Positions 40,536-50,846 of a stretch of 64,000 nt of DNA are shown here, piece by piece (position 1 is the first letter of the stretch; every line of letters begins with the position of its first letter). The notes under the pieces are model-generated. The model was not told the DNA's origin and did no database searches. It saw nothing but the letters and a program-made list of their open reading frames with translations. The position numbers and the translations under genes are program-made. This DNA comes from Flavobacteriales bacterium UBA4466 (lineage in GTDB: Bacteria; Bacteroidota; Bacteroidia; Flavobacteriales_D; Crocinitomicaceae): NCBI GenBank assembly GCA_905182335.1, contig CAJJBE010000005.1, positions 133,005-197,004 on the forward strand, in the 5' to 3' direction.

Positions 40536-40791
40536 AGAGCTGCTCTATATTATTTGAGTAGTCATTAATTAAATTGTACAGTTGAACACGATCACTAATT
40601 TTAAAAGAATGGTTTTGCAATTCCTCTTCAAATCTCACGTCTTTTTTTGTTCCAAGGCCCTTCAAATAAAGAATTGAGAAAAGTTGTGTGTACGGATATT
40701 TAATAGAAAGTTTTTCTAAATATTCGAGATCACCCTTGCTGACAAGTTCCGGAGTCTTAATTCGTGCTGCTATGTCTATAGTACTTAACAT
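40498..40791 (-). CDS. Hypothetical protein, apparent N-terminal part of the same split gene
   Basis: 97 aa ending ...[11 protein letters not shown] followed by three tandem TGA codons. It overlaps the next ORF by 38 nt in a different frame. Confidence 0.5.
   Translation of the reverse strand: MLSTIDIAARIKTPELVSKGDLEYLEKLSIKYPYTQLFSILYLKGLGTKKDVRFEEELQNHSFKISDRVQLYNLINDYSNNIEQLFVEKEEEEEEGC
40507..40524. repeat. (TTC)6 / (GAA)6 trinucleotide tract at the frame junction
   Basis: Six perfect TTC units on the plus strand, read as E6 in one frame and K-run in the other. Confidence 0.9.
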
Positions 40792-40793
40792 CT

Positions 40794-41306
40794 TTACCAG
40801 TTCGAAAGTAACTTATTAATTACATCTTGAACAATTTGGTCATTTACTTCTTCTAATAAATCACCTTCAACCGTCCCAAGATCTGTATTAGAGTCATAAT
40901 CTACAAACCGCGTACTTGTTATTGTTATTTTATTATCCTCTGGTTTTGTAATGAAAATAGCGAATTTCACCGAAATTGAAAGTCTATTTTGAGATGCATT
41001 ATCACCATCTAATAAAGCAATCGGAGATATAACATAATTTGTAATTACCCCTTCTATAATTACTTCTGCAGAGTCTGAATTCGAATTAAGTAGTAGCCGA
41101 GTATTGTTTTGAATTCCATCTTTAACTTTCTCAGAAATTGATGTAGCATAACTTAAAGGTGTATTAGGTGCATTGTTGTCAAGTGTAATTACTGAAAATG
41201 TTTTCCACTCTTCCGGCATGGACCCCTTATCCATAAAAGAAACACTAGAAGGCCAGCAGCCAAATATCAAGGGGAGAGTAAATATAAAAACTGTGAATGT
41301 TCTCAT
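40794..41306 (-). CDS. LptE-like LPS-assembly lipoprotein
   Basis: 170 aa. Lipobox-like LIFGC. The conserved position after the sigma-54 regulator resembles the Bacteroidota LptE family. Called from memory of the family, not from a strong motif. Confidence 0.6.
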   Translation of the reverse strand: MRTFTVFIFTLPLIFGCWPSSVSFMDKGSMPEEWKTFSVITLDNNAPNTPLSYATSISEKVKDGIQNNTRLLLNSNSDSAEVIIEGVITNYVISPIALLDGDNASQNRLSISVKFAIFITKPEDNKITITSTRFVDYDSNTDLGTVEGDLLEEVNDQIVQDVINKLLSNW

Positions 41307-42541
41307 TAATCTGTTAAATTATATTCTTTAATCTTTCTATACAAGGTTCTTTCACTAATTCCTAACTCTGAGGCAGCATATTTGCGTTTGCCTTTATGTT
41401 TAGTTAATGCTTTTTCGATAAGTTCCTTTTCTCTACCCTCTAATGATAGAGACTCTTCAACCTCTTCGTGGACTTGGTAGTTATTCTCCTCCTCTTTCTC
41501 CGAATAAAAACCTGATTTATCTGTAGGTGATGGAGGTAACATTTTTGGTGAATTTGATGGTTGTATATCTTGATAGAATCGACTCACCATATTTTCTTGA
41601 TCAGAATTTAAGTCAACATCTCCATCACTAGAAACAAGCTCTAACACTAATTTCTTTAAATCAGTCAAGTCTTTTTTCATGTCGAATAAAAACTTATACA
41701 TCAATTCACGCTCATTAATACTTTCTTTTGAATCATTAATTAATGCAGGGGTATTATCTCGTTCCGAAGGAATGTAATTAATGAATGTTTGGGCATCGAT
41801 TTCTCTAGCAGTTTCAATAACAGAAATTTGTTCAACCATATTCTTTAATTGACGAATATTCCCTGGCCAAGAGTAGCCTTTCAACATTGTAATGGCTTCA
41901 TCTGTAAGCTTGATTCCGGGCATTCGATATTTATCTGCGAAGTCACTTGCAAATTTTCTAAAAATCAAATGAATATCGTCCTGTCTTTTGCGAAGAGGTG
42001 GTAGTGGAATTGGCACTGTACTTAGTCTGTAAAATAAATCTTCTCTAAATTTACCTGATGCTATCGCACGCTGCATGTTCTCGTTTGTTGCAGCAACAAC
42101 ACGAACATTCGTTTTAATTACTTTAGATGATCCTACCCGGATAAATTCTCCTGTCTCCAACACACGAAGTAGTCTTACCTGAGTTTGCATTGGTAATTCC
42201 GCAACTTCATCTAAGAAAATTGTTCCCTCATCAGCTACCTCAAAATATCCTTTTCTACTTCCGCTCGCACCTGTAAATGATCCTTTTTCATGACCGAATA
42301 GCTCTGAATCAATAGTCCCTTCAGGGATAGCACCGCAATTAACAGCGATATATTCGCCGTGTTTACGAGAGCTTAGCTGATGAATGACTTGCGGAATAAT
42401 TTCTTTACCAACACCGCTTTCTCCTGTAACAAGTACGGAGATATCTGTTGGAGCAACTTGAATTGCAACCTCTAATGCACGATTTAATAATGGAGTGTTT
42501 CCAATAATTTTAAATCGTTGCTTTACTTGTTGTATGTCCAT
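41306..42541 (-). CDS. Sigma-54-dependent transcriptional activator (AAA+ plus Fis-type HTH, no N-terminal sensor domain)
   Basis: Walker A GESGVGKE at about residue 40. GAFTGA-type loop EKGSFTGA. Walker B IFLDEV. C-terminal HTH AASELGISERTLYRKIKEY. Confidence 0.9.
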   Translation of the reverse strand: MDIQQVKQRFKIIGNTPLLNRALEVAIQVAPTDISVLVTGESGVGKEIIPQVIHQLSSRKHGEYIAVNCGAIPEGTIDSELFGHEKGSFTGASGSRKGYFEVADEGTIFLDEVAELPMQTQVRLLRVLETGEFIRVGSSKVIKTNVRVVAATNENMQRAIASGKFREDLFYRLSTVPIPLPPLRKRQDDIHLIFRKFASDFADKYRMPGIKLTDEAITMLKGYSWPGNIRQLKNMVEQISVIETAREIDAQTFINYIPSERDNTPALINDSKESINERELMYKFLFDMKKDLTDLKKLVLELVSSDGDVDLNSDQENMVSRFYQDIQPSNSPKMLPPSPTDKSGFYSEKEEENNYQVHEEVEESLSLEGREKELIEKALTKHKGKRKYAASELGISERTLYRKIKEYNLTD

Positions 42542-42546
42542 TTTAT

Positions 42547-44001
42547 TTATTTTGCTGGGTCAATAATTTCAATGATTTCCCCAAGAAGTGTAGCAGTTGT
42601 ACAGTCTGTGATTTTAACTAAAACGTAATTTCCTTTTTTAGAATTTTTCATCGGGAATACTACTTTGGTATTGTGGTCGTTTCTGCCAGACATATGTATA
42701 TCGGATCGCTTAGATGGCCCTTCAATCAATACTTTATGAACTTTTCCAATTTGTTTTAAATTCTTTTTAGCTGAATTGTTTCGCTGCAAATCAATGATTT
42801 CTGTGAGTCTAGCGCTCTTAACTTCTTCTGTAACGTTGTCTTCAAACCTTCTTTCAGCAAGTGTTTTTGGGCGCTCTGAGTATTTATACATATACGCAAA
42901 GTCCCACTTAACTTCTTTTAGAATTGTCATTGTGTCTCTATGTTCATCCTCGGTCTCATCGCAAAAACCAGTAATTATATCTGTTGTGATGGCGCAACCT
43001 GGGATGATTCTATGAATTGCTGCAATACGATCTAGGTACCACTCACGAGAATAACCTCGGTTCATTCGTTTTAATACTTCTGTATTTCCTGATTGAATAG
43101 GTAAGTGGATGGAATTACAAATGTTATCATGTTTAGCAATTGTTTCTAGTACTTCGTCCGACATATCCTTCGGATGAGATGTTGAAAATCGAATTCTTAA
43201 ATCTGGAGAAATTATAGCAACTGAACCCATTAATTGTGCAAAGTTTGTTGTTGGCTTTGTGTCGTCCTTAATTTCACCTTTCGATGTCATATTCCAACGG
43301 TAGGAGTCAACATTTTGACCTAAAAGCGTTACTTCTCTGTAGCCGTTTTTAAAAAGCTCATCACATTCGTTGTAAATTGTTTGCGGATCACGAGATCGTT
43401 CACGTCCTCGTGTAAAAGGAACCACACAGAAAGAACACATATTATCACATCCTCTTGTTATTGACACAAAACCAGTGATACCACTTTTGTCCAATCGGAT
43501 AGGAGATATATCAGCATAAGTCTCATCTCGTGAAAGAAGAACATTGACCGCCTTTTGACCGGTCCCAACTTCGTCAATAAGCCCCGGGAGATCTCTGTAT
43601 GCATCAGGGCCAGCTACTAAATCAACTAATTTTTCTTCTTCAAGTAATTTTGTTTTAAGCCGTTCAGCCATACACCCTAAAATGCCAACGATTAAATCGG
43701 GCTGTCTTTTTTTACGGTTCTTAAAATTTGTCAGCCTTTTTCTTACTCTGTCTTCCGCATTTTCTCGAATTGAACATGTATTGATTAATACAATATCCGC
43801 TTCGTCAATATTTCCTGTAGTTGTATAACCTTTTTTGGTCATAATAGATGCAACAACTTCACTGTCAGAAAAATTCATAGCGCAGCCATAGCTCTCCACA
43901 TATAATTTCCTCCCATTCGGTTTCATTGTAGATTTAATTATTGTGGCTTCACCTTGAAGCTTCTCGTCTATGTCTTTATTTCTATCAGTTTCTTGGTTCA
44001 T
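42547..44001 (-). CDS. miaB: tRNA-i6A37 methylthiotransferase
   Basis: UPF0004 block [11 protein letters not shown], radical-SAM CDNMCSFC, C-terminal TRAM domain. The start is uncertain (ATG at 44001 preferred over the ORF-track start at 44031). Confidence 0.92.
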   Translation of the reverse strand: MNQETDRNKDIDEKLQGEATIIKSTMKPNGRKLYVESYGCAMNFSDSEVVASIMTKKGYTTTGNIDEADIVLINTCSIRENAEDRVRKRLTNFKNRKKRQPDLIVGILGCMAERLKTKLLEEEKLVDLVAGPDAYRDLPGLIDEVGTGQKAVNVLLSRDETYADISPIRLDKSGITGFVSITRGCDNMCSFCVVPFTRGRERSRDPQTIYNECDELFKNGYREVTLLGQNVDSYRWNMTSKGEIKDDTKPTTNFAQLMGSVAIISPDLRIRFSTSHPKDMSDEVLETIAKHDNICNSIHLPIQSGNTEVLKRMNRGYSREWYLDRIAAIHRIIPGCAITTDIITGFCDETEDEHRDTMTILKEVKWDFAYMYKYSERPKTLAERRFEDNVTEEVKSARLTEIIDLQRNNSAKKNLKQIGKVHKVLIEGPSKRSDIHMSGRNDHNTKVVFPMKNSKKGNYVLVKITDCTTATLLGEIIEIIDPAK

Positions 44002-44246
44002 CTTTGAATTTATGGATACGAATTTACACAAAATACAAAAGGTGTCAAAATGTCAGGTTTTATTTATGTTAATTATTCTAAATGAGTGCGAAATAGGCCC
44101 TGTTTATTGGATATTATTTGATGACTTTAAACTTTTGTTTCATGTTTTAGTAGTATATAGAAATTAAATGCTCTTATATTTACATTTTTAAAAAGAGTGT
44201 TTTTATAGTGTAAAAGTGCCGTCAAACAATATTAAAAAGTTTATTT

Positions 44247-46748
44247 ATGGCTAAGAATTTAGTGATCGTTGAGTCCCCTGCAAAGGCCAGTACTATTGAA
44301 GGATATTTAGGGAAAGACTTTGTTGTGAAATCAAGTTTTGGTCATGTTAGAGATTTGGCAAAGAAGGATGCTATTGATGTTGAAAACAATTTCGCTCCCA
44401 AATACGAAGTCTCTTCAGATAAGAAACAGATTGTCGCTGAGCTAAAAAAATTAGCTAAGGAAGCAGAGGTTGTATGGCTAGCGACCGATGAGGATCGTGA
44501 GGGAGAAGCAATTTCTTGGCATTTATATGAGACGCTAAATCTAGAGAAGAAGGAAACAAAAAGAATAACCTTTAACGAGATTACGAAGACTGCAATTTTA
44601 AAAGCAATTGAGTCTCCTCGTGAAATAAATAAAGAGTTAGTTGATGCCCAACAGGCTCGAAGAATATTAGACAGATTAGTTGGTTTTGAATTATCACCTA
44701 TACTTTGGAGAAAGGTTAGACCGAGCTTATCTGCAGGACGTGTTCAGTCAGTTGCGGTAAGATTAATCGTAGAAAAAGAAAGAGATATTCAAGCGTTTAA
44801 CTCTGAAGTTTTTTATAAAGTAGCAGGGTTATTTAGAACGGAGAAAGGAACAATTAAAGCCGACATTTCAAAGCAATTAAAGTCAGAAGCTGATGTGACT
44901 GAATTGTTAAATAATTGTTTAGGGGCTCAATTTTCCGTTTCCGATGTTATCAAGAAGCCTGCAATTAAAAAACCGACGGCACCTTTTACAACTTCGACAC
45001 TGCAGCAGGAAGCAAGTTTGAAATTAGGCTTTACTGTATCAAGAACGATGCAGGTTGCACAACGGTTGTATGAGGCTGGGAGAATCACATATATGAGAAC
45101 GGATTCTGTGAACCTTTCTGATACCGCTATAAATGCCGCGAAAGCAGAAATTATTTCTGCATACGGAGAAGCGTTTTCAGAAATTAGAAAGTATAATACA
45201 AAGGCTGCTGGCGCACAAGAAGCTCACGAAGCCATTCGTCCTACTGATTTTTCTGTTCACTCTGTTGATGCAGAACGTGATCAAGAAAGATTATACGATT
45301 TGATTTGGAAGAGAGCGATTTCTTCTCAGATGTCGGAAGCTAAATTAGAGCGAACTACTATAAAGTTGAATGCACCTAAGGTGTCAGAAACTTTTTCTGC
45401 AAAAGGAGAGGTCATCAAGTTTGAAGGGTTTTTAAAGGTTTATCTTGAAAGCTCTTTAGAGGATGAGGATGAAGACGAGTTTTCTTCGGGATTACTTCCT
45501 GCTGTAACAAAAGGCGATAGCATTGATATGGAAGAAATTATAGCAACACAGCGCTTTGGTCGCCCACCTGCAAGATATGTTGAAGCCTCTTTAGTAAAGC
45601 AGTTAGAGAGTTTAGGTATTGGTAGACCTTCAACATACGCACCAACTATTTCTACGATTCAAAAACGTGGTTATGTTGAAAAACCAGATCGGCAGGGCAA
45701 TGAGCGTGCCTATGATCAATTTGTGCTTAAAAAAGGATCTATTGAAAAAAATCAACTTACTGAAGTTACAGGTAGAGAAAAGAATAAATTAGCACCAACC
45801 GACATTGGAATTGTTGTTACTGACTTTTTGAAAGAGCATTTTGGCAGAATTATGGATTATAATTTTACAGCCAAAGTAGAGGCGGAATTCGATGAGATTG
45901 CAAATGGATTAGTTGAGTGGACCAAAATGATCAAAGAGTTTTACACTCCTTTCCATAAAAGCGTTGAAGAGACACTTGAGAATTCAGAACGAGCAACTGG
46001 CGAGCGCGAAATTGGGCATCATCCAGACTCTGGAAGAAGAATAATTGCACGGATAGGACGTTTTGGGCCTATGATTCAAATTGGAGATGAGCAAGTTGAT
46101 GGTGAAAAGCCTCAGTTTGCTTCTTTGCGTGCTGAACAATCAATTAATTCAATTTCACTAGAAGATGCATTAGAATTATTTAAATTCCCAAAAACACTAG
46201 GAGAGTTTGAAGGCTTTGATGTAGTTGTTGCGTTAGGAAGATTTGGCCCTTACGTTAAGCTCAATGAAGCATTTTTTTCTATCCCGAAAGATGAGGATAT
46301 GGGTGGTGTCGATTTAGAGCGCGCAATTGAGTTAATCAAAGAGAAGCAAGCTGCTGATGCACCGATAGCAGAACATGAAGGTCTTCCTGTTCAAAAAGGG
46401 TCAGGAAGGTTCGGTCCTTTTATTAAGTGGAACGACATGTTCATTAATGTTAATCGTAAATATGACTTTGATAACTTATCTAAAGGGGATGTTATTGAGC
46501 TTATAGAGGCTAAAAAACAAAAGGAAATTGACAAAATGATTCACAATTGGGAAGAGGAGGGTATTTCTGTTCAAAAAGCCCGTTGGGGAAGATTTAATAT
46601 TGTTAAAGGAAAGTTGAAAATTGAATTGCCTAAAACCTTCAAGGTTGAAAAAATGACGTTGGAAGAGGTTCAAAAAATGATTGAGGCGAAGAAGCCTGCT
46701 AAAAAGAAGCCTGCTAAAAAGAAATCCGCAGCTAAAAAAAACAGCTAA
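44247..46748 (+). CDS. topA: DNA topoisomerase I
   Basis: TOPRIM (LVIVESPAKA, ATDEDREGE) and active-site region GRITYMRTDS. It has C-terminal repeated GRFGP modules and a Lys-rich tail. Confidence 0.97.
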   Translation: MAKNLVIVESPAKASTIEGYLGKDFVVKSSFGHVRDLAKKDAIDVENNFAPKYEVSSDKKQIVAELKKLAKEAEVVWLATDEDREGEAISWHLYETLNLEKKETKRITFNEITKTAILKAIESPREINKELVDAQQARRILDRLVGFELSPILWRKVRPSLSAGRVQSVAVRLIVEKERDIQAFNSEVFYKVAGLFRTEKGTIKADISKQLKSEADVTELLNNCLGAQFSVSDVIKKPAIKKPTAPFTTSTLQQEASLKLGFTVSRTMQVAQRLYEAGRITYMRTDSVNLSDTAINAAKAEIISAYGEAFSEIRKYNTKAAGAQEAHEAIRPTDFSVHSVDAERDQERLYDLIWKRAISSQMSEAKLERTTIKLNAPKVSETFSAKGEVIKFEGFLKVYLESSLEDEDEDEFSSGLLPAVTKGDSIDMEEIIATQRFGRPPARYVEASLVKQLESLGIGRPSTYAPTISTIQKRGYVEKPDRQGNERAYDQFVLKKGSIEKNQLTEVTGREKNKLAPTDIGIVVTDFLKEHFGRIMDYNFTAKVEAEFDEIANGLVEWTKMIKEFYTPFHKSVEETLENSERATGEREIGHHPDSGRRIIARIGRFGPMIQIGDEQVDGEKPQFASLRAEQSINSISLEDALELFKFPKTLGEFEGFDVVVALGRFGPYVKLNEAFFSIPKDEDMGGVDLERAIELIKEKQAADAPIAEHEGLPVQKGSGRFGPFIKWNDMFINVNRKYDFDNLSKGDVIELIEAKKQKEIDKMIHNWEEEGISVQKARWGRFNIVKGKLKIELPKTFKVEKMTLEEVQKMIEAKKPAKKKPAKKKSAAKKNS

Positions 46749-46837
46749 AAAAATACAGGTGAAAGCGTTTAACTTTCAATGTTTATATTTTAGAGTGTGG
46801 CTTATTGGGTAGTGATACTGATTTAAATTAAATTCTA

Positions 46838-47989
46838 ATGAAAGATATTTCGATTTATTTTCAATCCATAGTTTCTACTGAAACTATTACGGAAACTCTT
46901 GGGGCTTCTGTTTTAATTAATGATGAGAATGGATTTCCAGAGATTTTATCAGGTGGTGTTGCGATTTTTTATGTGCCAGAGTTTCGAAATTCTACGATTA
47001 AAAACAAGCAGGGGTCGACTGATTTTTTCAGAAATGAATTTTATAAGCTTTTCCCAGGTGATAACTGGGACTTTCCTATTTATGACTTAGGAACGATTAT
47101 CCCTGGAGAAAGTATTTCTGACACCTATTTTGCAGTATCACAAGTGGTCGGTGAATTGTTAAAGAATAACACTATTCCATATGTAATAGGTGGAGGCCAT
47201 GATTTAATAATGGCATGTTATAAAGGTTTTGAGTCCTTAGAGCAAATGATTAATATTTGTACTGTGGATTATAAGCTGGATATCGGTGAGCCAAGTACTG
47301 AGATCTCATCAGCGGGCTTTGTTAGTCAACTGTTAACGCAGAGGCCTTGCTATTTATTTAACTATTCAAGTATTGGAGTTCAACGACCATTTGTTACTAA
47401 GCAAGAGCTTGATTTGTTTAATAAATTGTTTTTTGATGTATGTAGGCTAGGAGAACTTAGTGCTGATCATAAACTTGTTGAGCCATTCTTAAGGAATTCA
47501 GATGTATTGACGATAGATTTTAATAGTATTAAAAATTCCGAGACAGATTCAGTAGTATATACCAATCCAAATGGACTTTATGCTGAACAAGCCTGTCAAA
47601 TATCAAAATATGCAGGGCTAAGTGATAAGATGACCTGCGTAGGTGTTTTTGAGGTGGATCCAAATCAATCCATTAATGCAAACAGCTTGCTTGCTCAACT
47701 GATTTGGTATTTTATTGATGGCTTATCCCAGCGTGTTGGTGATTTTCCAATCGGCTCTCGTAAGAATTATACTAAGTTTCACGTTCATCTAGATAGCTTT
47801 GAAGATGATTTGGTGTTTTATAAGAGCGATAAGTCCAGCCGTTGGTGGCTAGAGGTAAGGTATCAGTCGGAAGAAAGCTCTAAATACGATCGGCATTGCT
47901 TGGTTCCTTGTATACAGAGTGATTACGATAATGCACTAAAGAATATTATTCCAGATCTTTGGTGGAAAACCATGCAGAAGCTTAGCTAG
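46838..47989 (+). CDS. Arginase/formiminoglutamase-fold protein with partly degenerate metal-binding motifs
   Basis: GGGHD and FEVDPN blocks are present. The DAHxD-equivalent reads DYKLD and the SxDxD-equivalent reads TIDFN. Confidence 0.65.
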   Translation: MKDISIYFQSIVSTETITETLGASVLINDENGFPEILSGGVAIFYVPEFRNSTIKNKQGSTDFFRNEFYKLFPGDNWDFPIYDLGTIIPGESISDTYFAVSQVVGELLKNNTIPYVIGGGHDLIMACYKGFESLEQMINICTVDYKLDIGEPSTEISSAGFVSQLLTQRPCYLFNYSSIGVQRPFVTKQELDLFNKLFFDVCRLGELSADHKLVEPFLRNSDVLTIDFNSIKNSETDSVVYTNPNGLYAEQACQISKYAGLSDKMTCVGVFEVDPNQSINANSLLAQLIWYFIDGLSQRVGDFPIGSRKNYTKFHVHLDSFEDDLVFYKSDKSSRWWLEVRYQSEESSKYDRHCLVPCIQSDYDNALKNIIPDLWWKTMQKLS

Positions 47990-48139
47990 GCTTGTCTTAT
48001 TGTTTACTTTTATACATATTAGCAAGCTAATTGCATATTTTTTCTTAAACATTGACGTGAAAAGTTTTCTTTTAATATAAATATAGCTATTTTAGTCGCC
48101 TAGTAGAAGCGCCTCAATTAAGTTAGTAGTTGAAATAAA

Positions 48140-49102
48140 ATGAGGCCAATGACTAATTTTATGAAAAGAAAAATTCTATTATTATCGTTGCTTGCACTTA
48201 CTTTGAGTTCTAATGTGCTTGGACAGCAAGACAAATTAATCACACATTTCATGTATGACAAAATGAGCTTGAATCCTGGTGAAACTGGTATTGAAGGTGG
48301 TATTTGTGCCACAACGATGTACAGAAATCAGTGGGATCGAGTGAATGGCGCTCCAAATTCAGCGGTTTTGAACGTTGAGGCAGACCTTTCTCGTTTTATT
48401 CCAGTTAATGCAGGGGTTTCTTTTTTTCATGATCATATTGGATTTAACACACAAAACAATGTCTTATTGAATGTTTCATATCCATTACAAATTCCAACTA
48501 TTGGAACTTTAGCTATTGGTGTTGGAGTTGGTATTATGAATTTTGGAATGAGTCCAGAGTGGGTTCCTCCAACTACAATGAACGATGCATCATTACCAGC
48601 AGAATTTACGTCAACAAATTTAGATTTAAACTTTGGTCTTTACTTTAAAGATGCATCGAACAAATATTATGCTGGTTTGTCTTCAACCCATTTGTCAGAG
48701 TCTACGCTTGCCGGTGTTAATAACACCGGAGGTAAAATCACTTACAATACTGCTAGGCATTATTATGCAATGGGAGGTTATACGTTTAAACGTATTGGCG
48801 ATGGCGATATTGAAACGAATGCCATTATAAGAACGGATCTAGTGAAGTTGTCTGCAGACATCAATGCAAGGTATATTTGGAAAAATAAGGCCTATGGTGG
48901 CTTGACTTATAGAACCTCAGATGCTTTAGCTGTAATGCTAGGCTACAAGCCATCTAACGACTTAACGATAGGGTATTCATATGATGTTTCAGTGAATAGG
49001 TTGGCAGGTGTATCAAGAGGTTCACATGAAATAATGTTGAAGTATTGTTACTACTTACCACCGGCTCCGATTCAGAAATCGAAACACCCTAGGTGGTTGT
49101 AA
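48140..49102 (+). CDS. PorP/SprF family type IX secretion system membrane protein
   Basis: Signal peptide, then QQDKLITHFMYDKMSLNPGETG (family N-terminal signature) and a beta-barrel-like remainder. The likely true start is the ATG at 48161 (MKRKILLL...). Confidence 0.85.
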   Translation: MRPMTNFMKRKILLLSLLALTLSSNVLGQQDKLITHFMYDKMSLNPGETGIEGGICATTMYRNQWDRVNGAPNSAVLNVEADLSRFIPVNAGVSFFHDHIGFNTQNNVLLNVSYPLQIPTIGTLAIGVGVGIMNFGMSPEWVPPTTMNDASLPAEFTSTNLDLNFGLYFKDASNKYYAGLSSTHLSESTLAGVNNTGGKITYNTARHYYAMGGYTFKRIGDGDIETNAIIRTDLVKLSADINARYIWKNKAYGGLTYRTSDALAVMLGYKPSNDLTIGYSYDVSVNRLAGVSRGSHEIMLKYCYYLPPAPIQKSKHPRWL

Positions 49103-49217
49103 AAGACAATTTTTTTAAATGTTTTGTAACCATTTGTATATAAAAGCCGTTATATCAAATAATATTAAGATACTGTAAGTTATTAATTAGATATCCGGAA
49201 GATTAAAAAGAGATAAA

Positions 49218-50795
49218 ATGAAAAATTTTTTGTTATTTGTTATTATTAGTACCGTGATTGTTTCGTGTAACTCGAGAACTGGTCATTTGACAGGCACTCT
49301 TGGAAGAAAAGCTTATCATCCAGATATTCCTGTTGGTATGGCTTATGTTCCAGCAGGATCATATCAGATGGGTGAGAATGATGGAGACGTGCCCTTCTTA
49401 CACCAGGCTAGACCTAAGACAGCTTCTGTTCAAGCATTCTATATGGATCAAACTGAGATTTCAAATAATGAGTATCGTCAATTTGTTTATTGGGTTAGAG
49501 ATTCAATCGCGAGAGAAAAAATCTACCTGAATGAAAACGACCGTACAAGTGGAATTAAAAATGATGATTGGACAGATGATGATGCTAAAGCTTGGATAAA
49601 TTATCAAGACATGTATTTTGATGAGGTAGATGCTGAATATGTTGAGTACGACCCAGCTGAGAGGTTTGAAAATAGAGAAATTTTCTCATTAAACTGGGAC
49701 AAAAAAATCTATTATGATGATCCGGATTTAGTTCCTCTTCTTGCTGATATGTACTATCCTGAAGGTGAGCGTTATTACAATCGAAAAGAGATCAATACGA
49801 ACAAATTAATCTATAAATATTATTGGATTGATTTGGCAGAGGCTTCACAGAGGGGTAGAATTGATATCACTCTAAATAACTCTTCTAATTTACAGGATCT
49901 TAATACCGATGGTCATAGAGTTCTAAACACACCTAAAGATATGTTTACTCAAGAACCTCAAGGTCAGGATGAAGATATGGGGTATATCAATAAAAAGGGA
50001 CAGAATAATGCAATTAGAGGTCATTCGAGCCGAAAAAGATTTATCATCGATGAGCAGATAAATGTTTATCCTGATACATTATGTTGGATACGCGATTTCA
50101 CATACGCCTTCAACGAGCCTATGACAAATATGTATTTTTGGCACCCAGCGTATGATAACTATCCAGTAGTTGGAGTTACTTGGATGCAGGCAAAAGCATT
50201 TTCTGTTTGGAGAACTCAATTATTGAATAATTGGTTAGTTTCCGGAGGAGATTTATTTGTAAATAATTTCCGTTTGCCAACTGAAACAGAATGGGAGAGA
50301 GCTGCTCGTGGAAACTTAGAATCATCTCAATATCCTTGGGGCGGTCCTTACATCAGAAATGAGGCAGGCTGTTTCTTAGGTAATTTCAAACCAATGAGAG
50401 GTCGTTATTTTGAAGATGGAGGTATGCAGACGGTAAAAGTATACTCTTATAACCCAAATAATTGGGGGTTATATTGTATGGCTGGAAATGTTGCTGAGTG
50501 GTGTGAAACTGCTTATGACGAGTCTATGTATGAATTTTCACATGATTTGAATACTGATTATCAATATGATGCGAAGGATTGGGATCCACCATCAATGAAA
50601 CGTAAAGTTATACGCGGTGGTTCTTGGAAGGATATCGGGTATTATTTAAGAAATTCAACGCGTACATATGAGTATCAAGATACAGCAAAGTCTTACATTG
50701 GTTATAGAAATGTAATGACACACCTAGGTCGTGGAGGTAAAAATTTCACGAAAGAAGGTGGCGAAGAGATTCGAAGCGATATTCAATTACGCTAA
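49218..50795 (+). CDS. gldK: Gliding motility/T9SS lipoprotein GldK (PorK; FGE-sulfatase/SUMF1 fold)
   Basis: Lipobox VSC. Blocks YMDQTEISNNEYRQFVYWVRDS, VYPDTLCWIRDFTYAFNEPM, YPVVGVTWMQAKAF and RGGSW. Confidence 0.9.
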   Translation: MKNFLLFVIISTVIVSCNSRTGHLTGTLGRKAYHPDIPVGMAYVPAGSYQMGENDGDVPFLHQARPKTASVQAFYMDQTEISNNEYRQFVYWVRDSIAREKIYLNENDRTSGIKNDDWTDDDAKAWINYQDMYFDEVDAEYVEYDPAERFENREIFSLNWDKKIYYDDPDLVPLLADMYYPEGERYYNRKEINTNKLIYKYYWIDLAEASQRGRIDITLNNSSNLQDLNTDGHRVLNTPKDMFTQEPQGQDEDMGYINKKGQNNAIRGHSSRKRFIIDEQINVYPDTLCWIRDFTYAFNEPMTNMYFWHPAYDNYPVVGVTWMQAKAFSVWRTQLLNNWLVSGGDLFVNNFRLPTETEWERAARGNLESSQYPWGGPYIRNEAGCFLGNFKPMRGRYFEDGGMQTVKVYSYNPNNWGLYCMAGNVAEWCETAYDESMYEFSHDLNTDYQYDAKDWDPPSMKRKVIRGGSWKDIGYYLRNSTRTYEYQDTAKSYIGYRNVMTHLGRGGKNFTKEGGEEIRSDIQLR

Positions 50796-50846
50796 GAATA
50801 ACAACCAGAAAATTTTTAATTAAACCTAAAAAAAACAAGGAAAACT

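Noticed and set aside
43970-44167. 65-aa ORF in the miaB/topA divergent region.
   Set aside because: It overlaps the miaB 5' end antisense and runs through AT-rich promoter DNA. It has no motif or signal.
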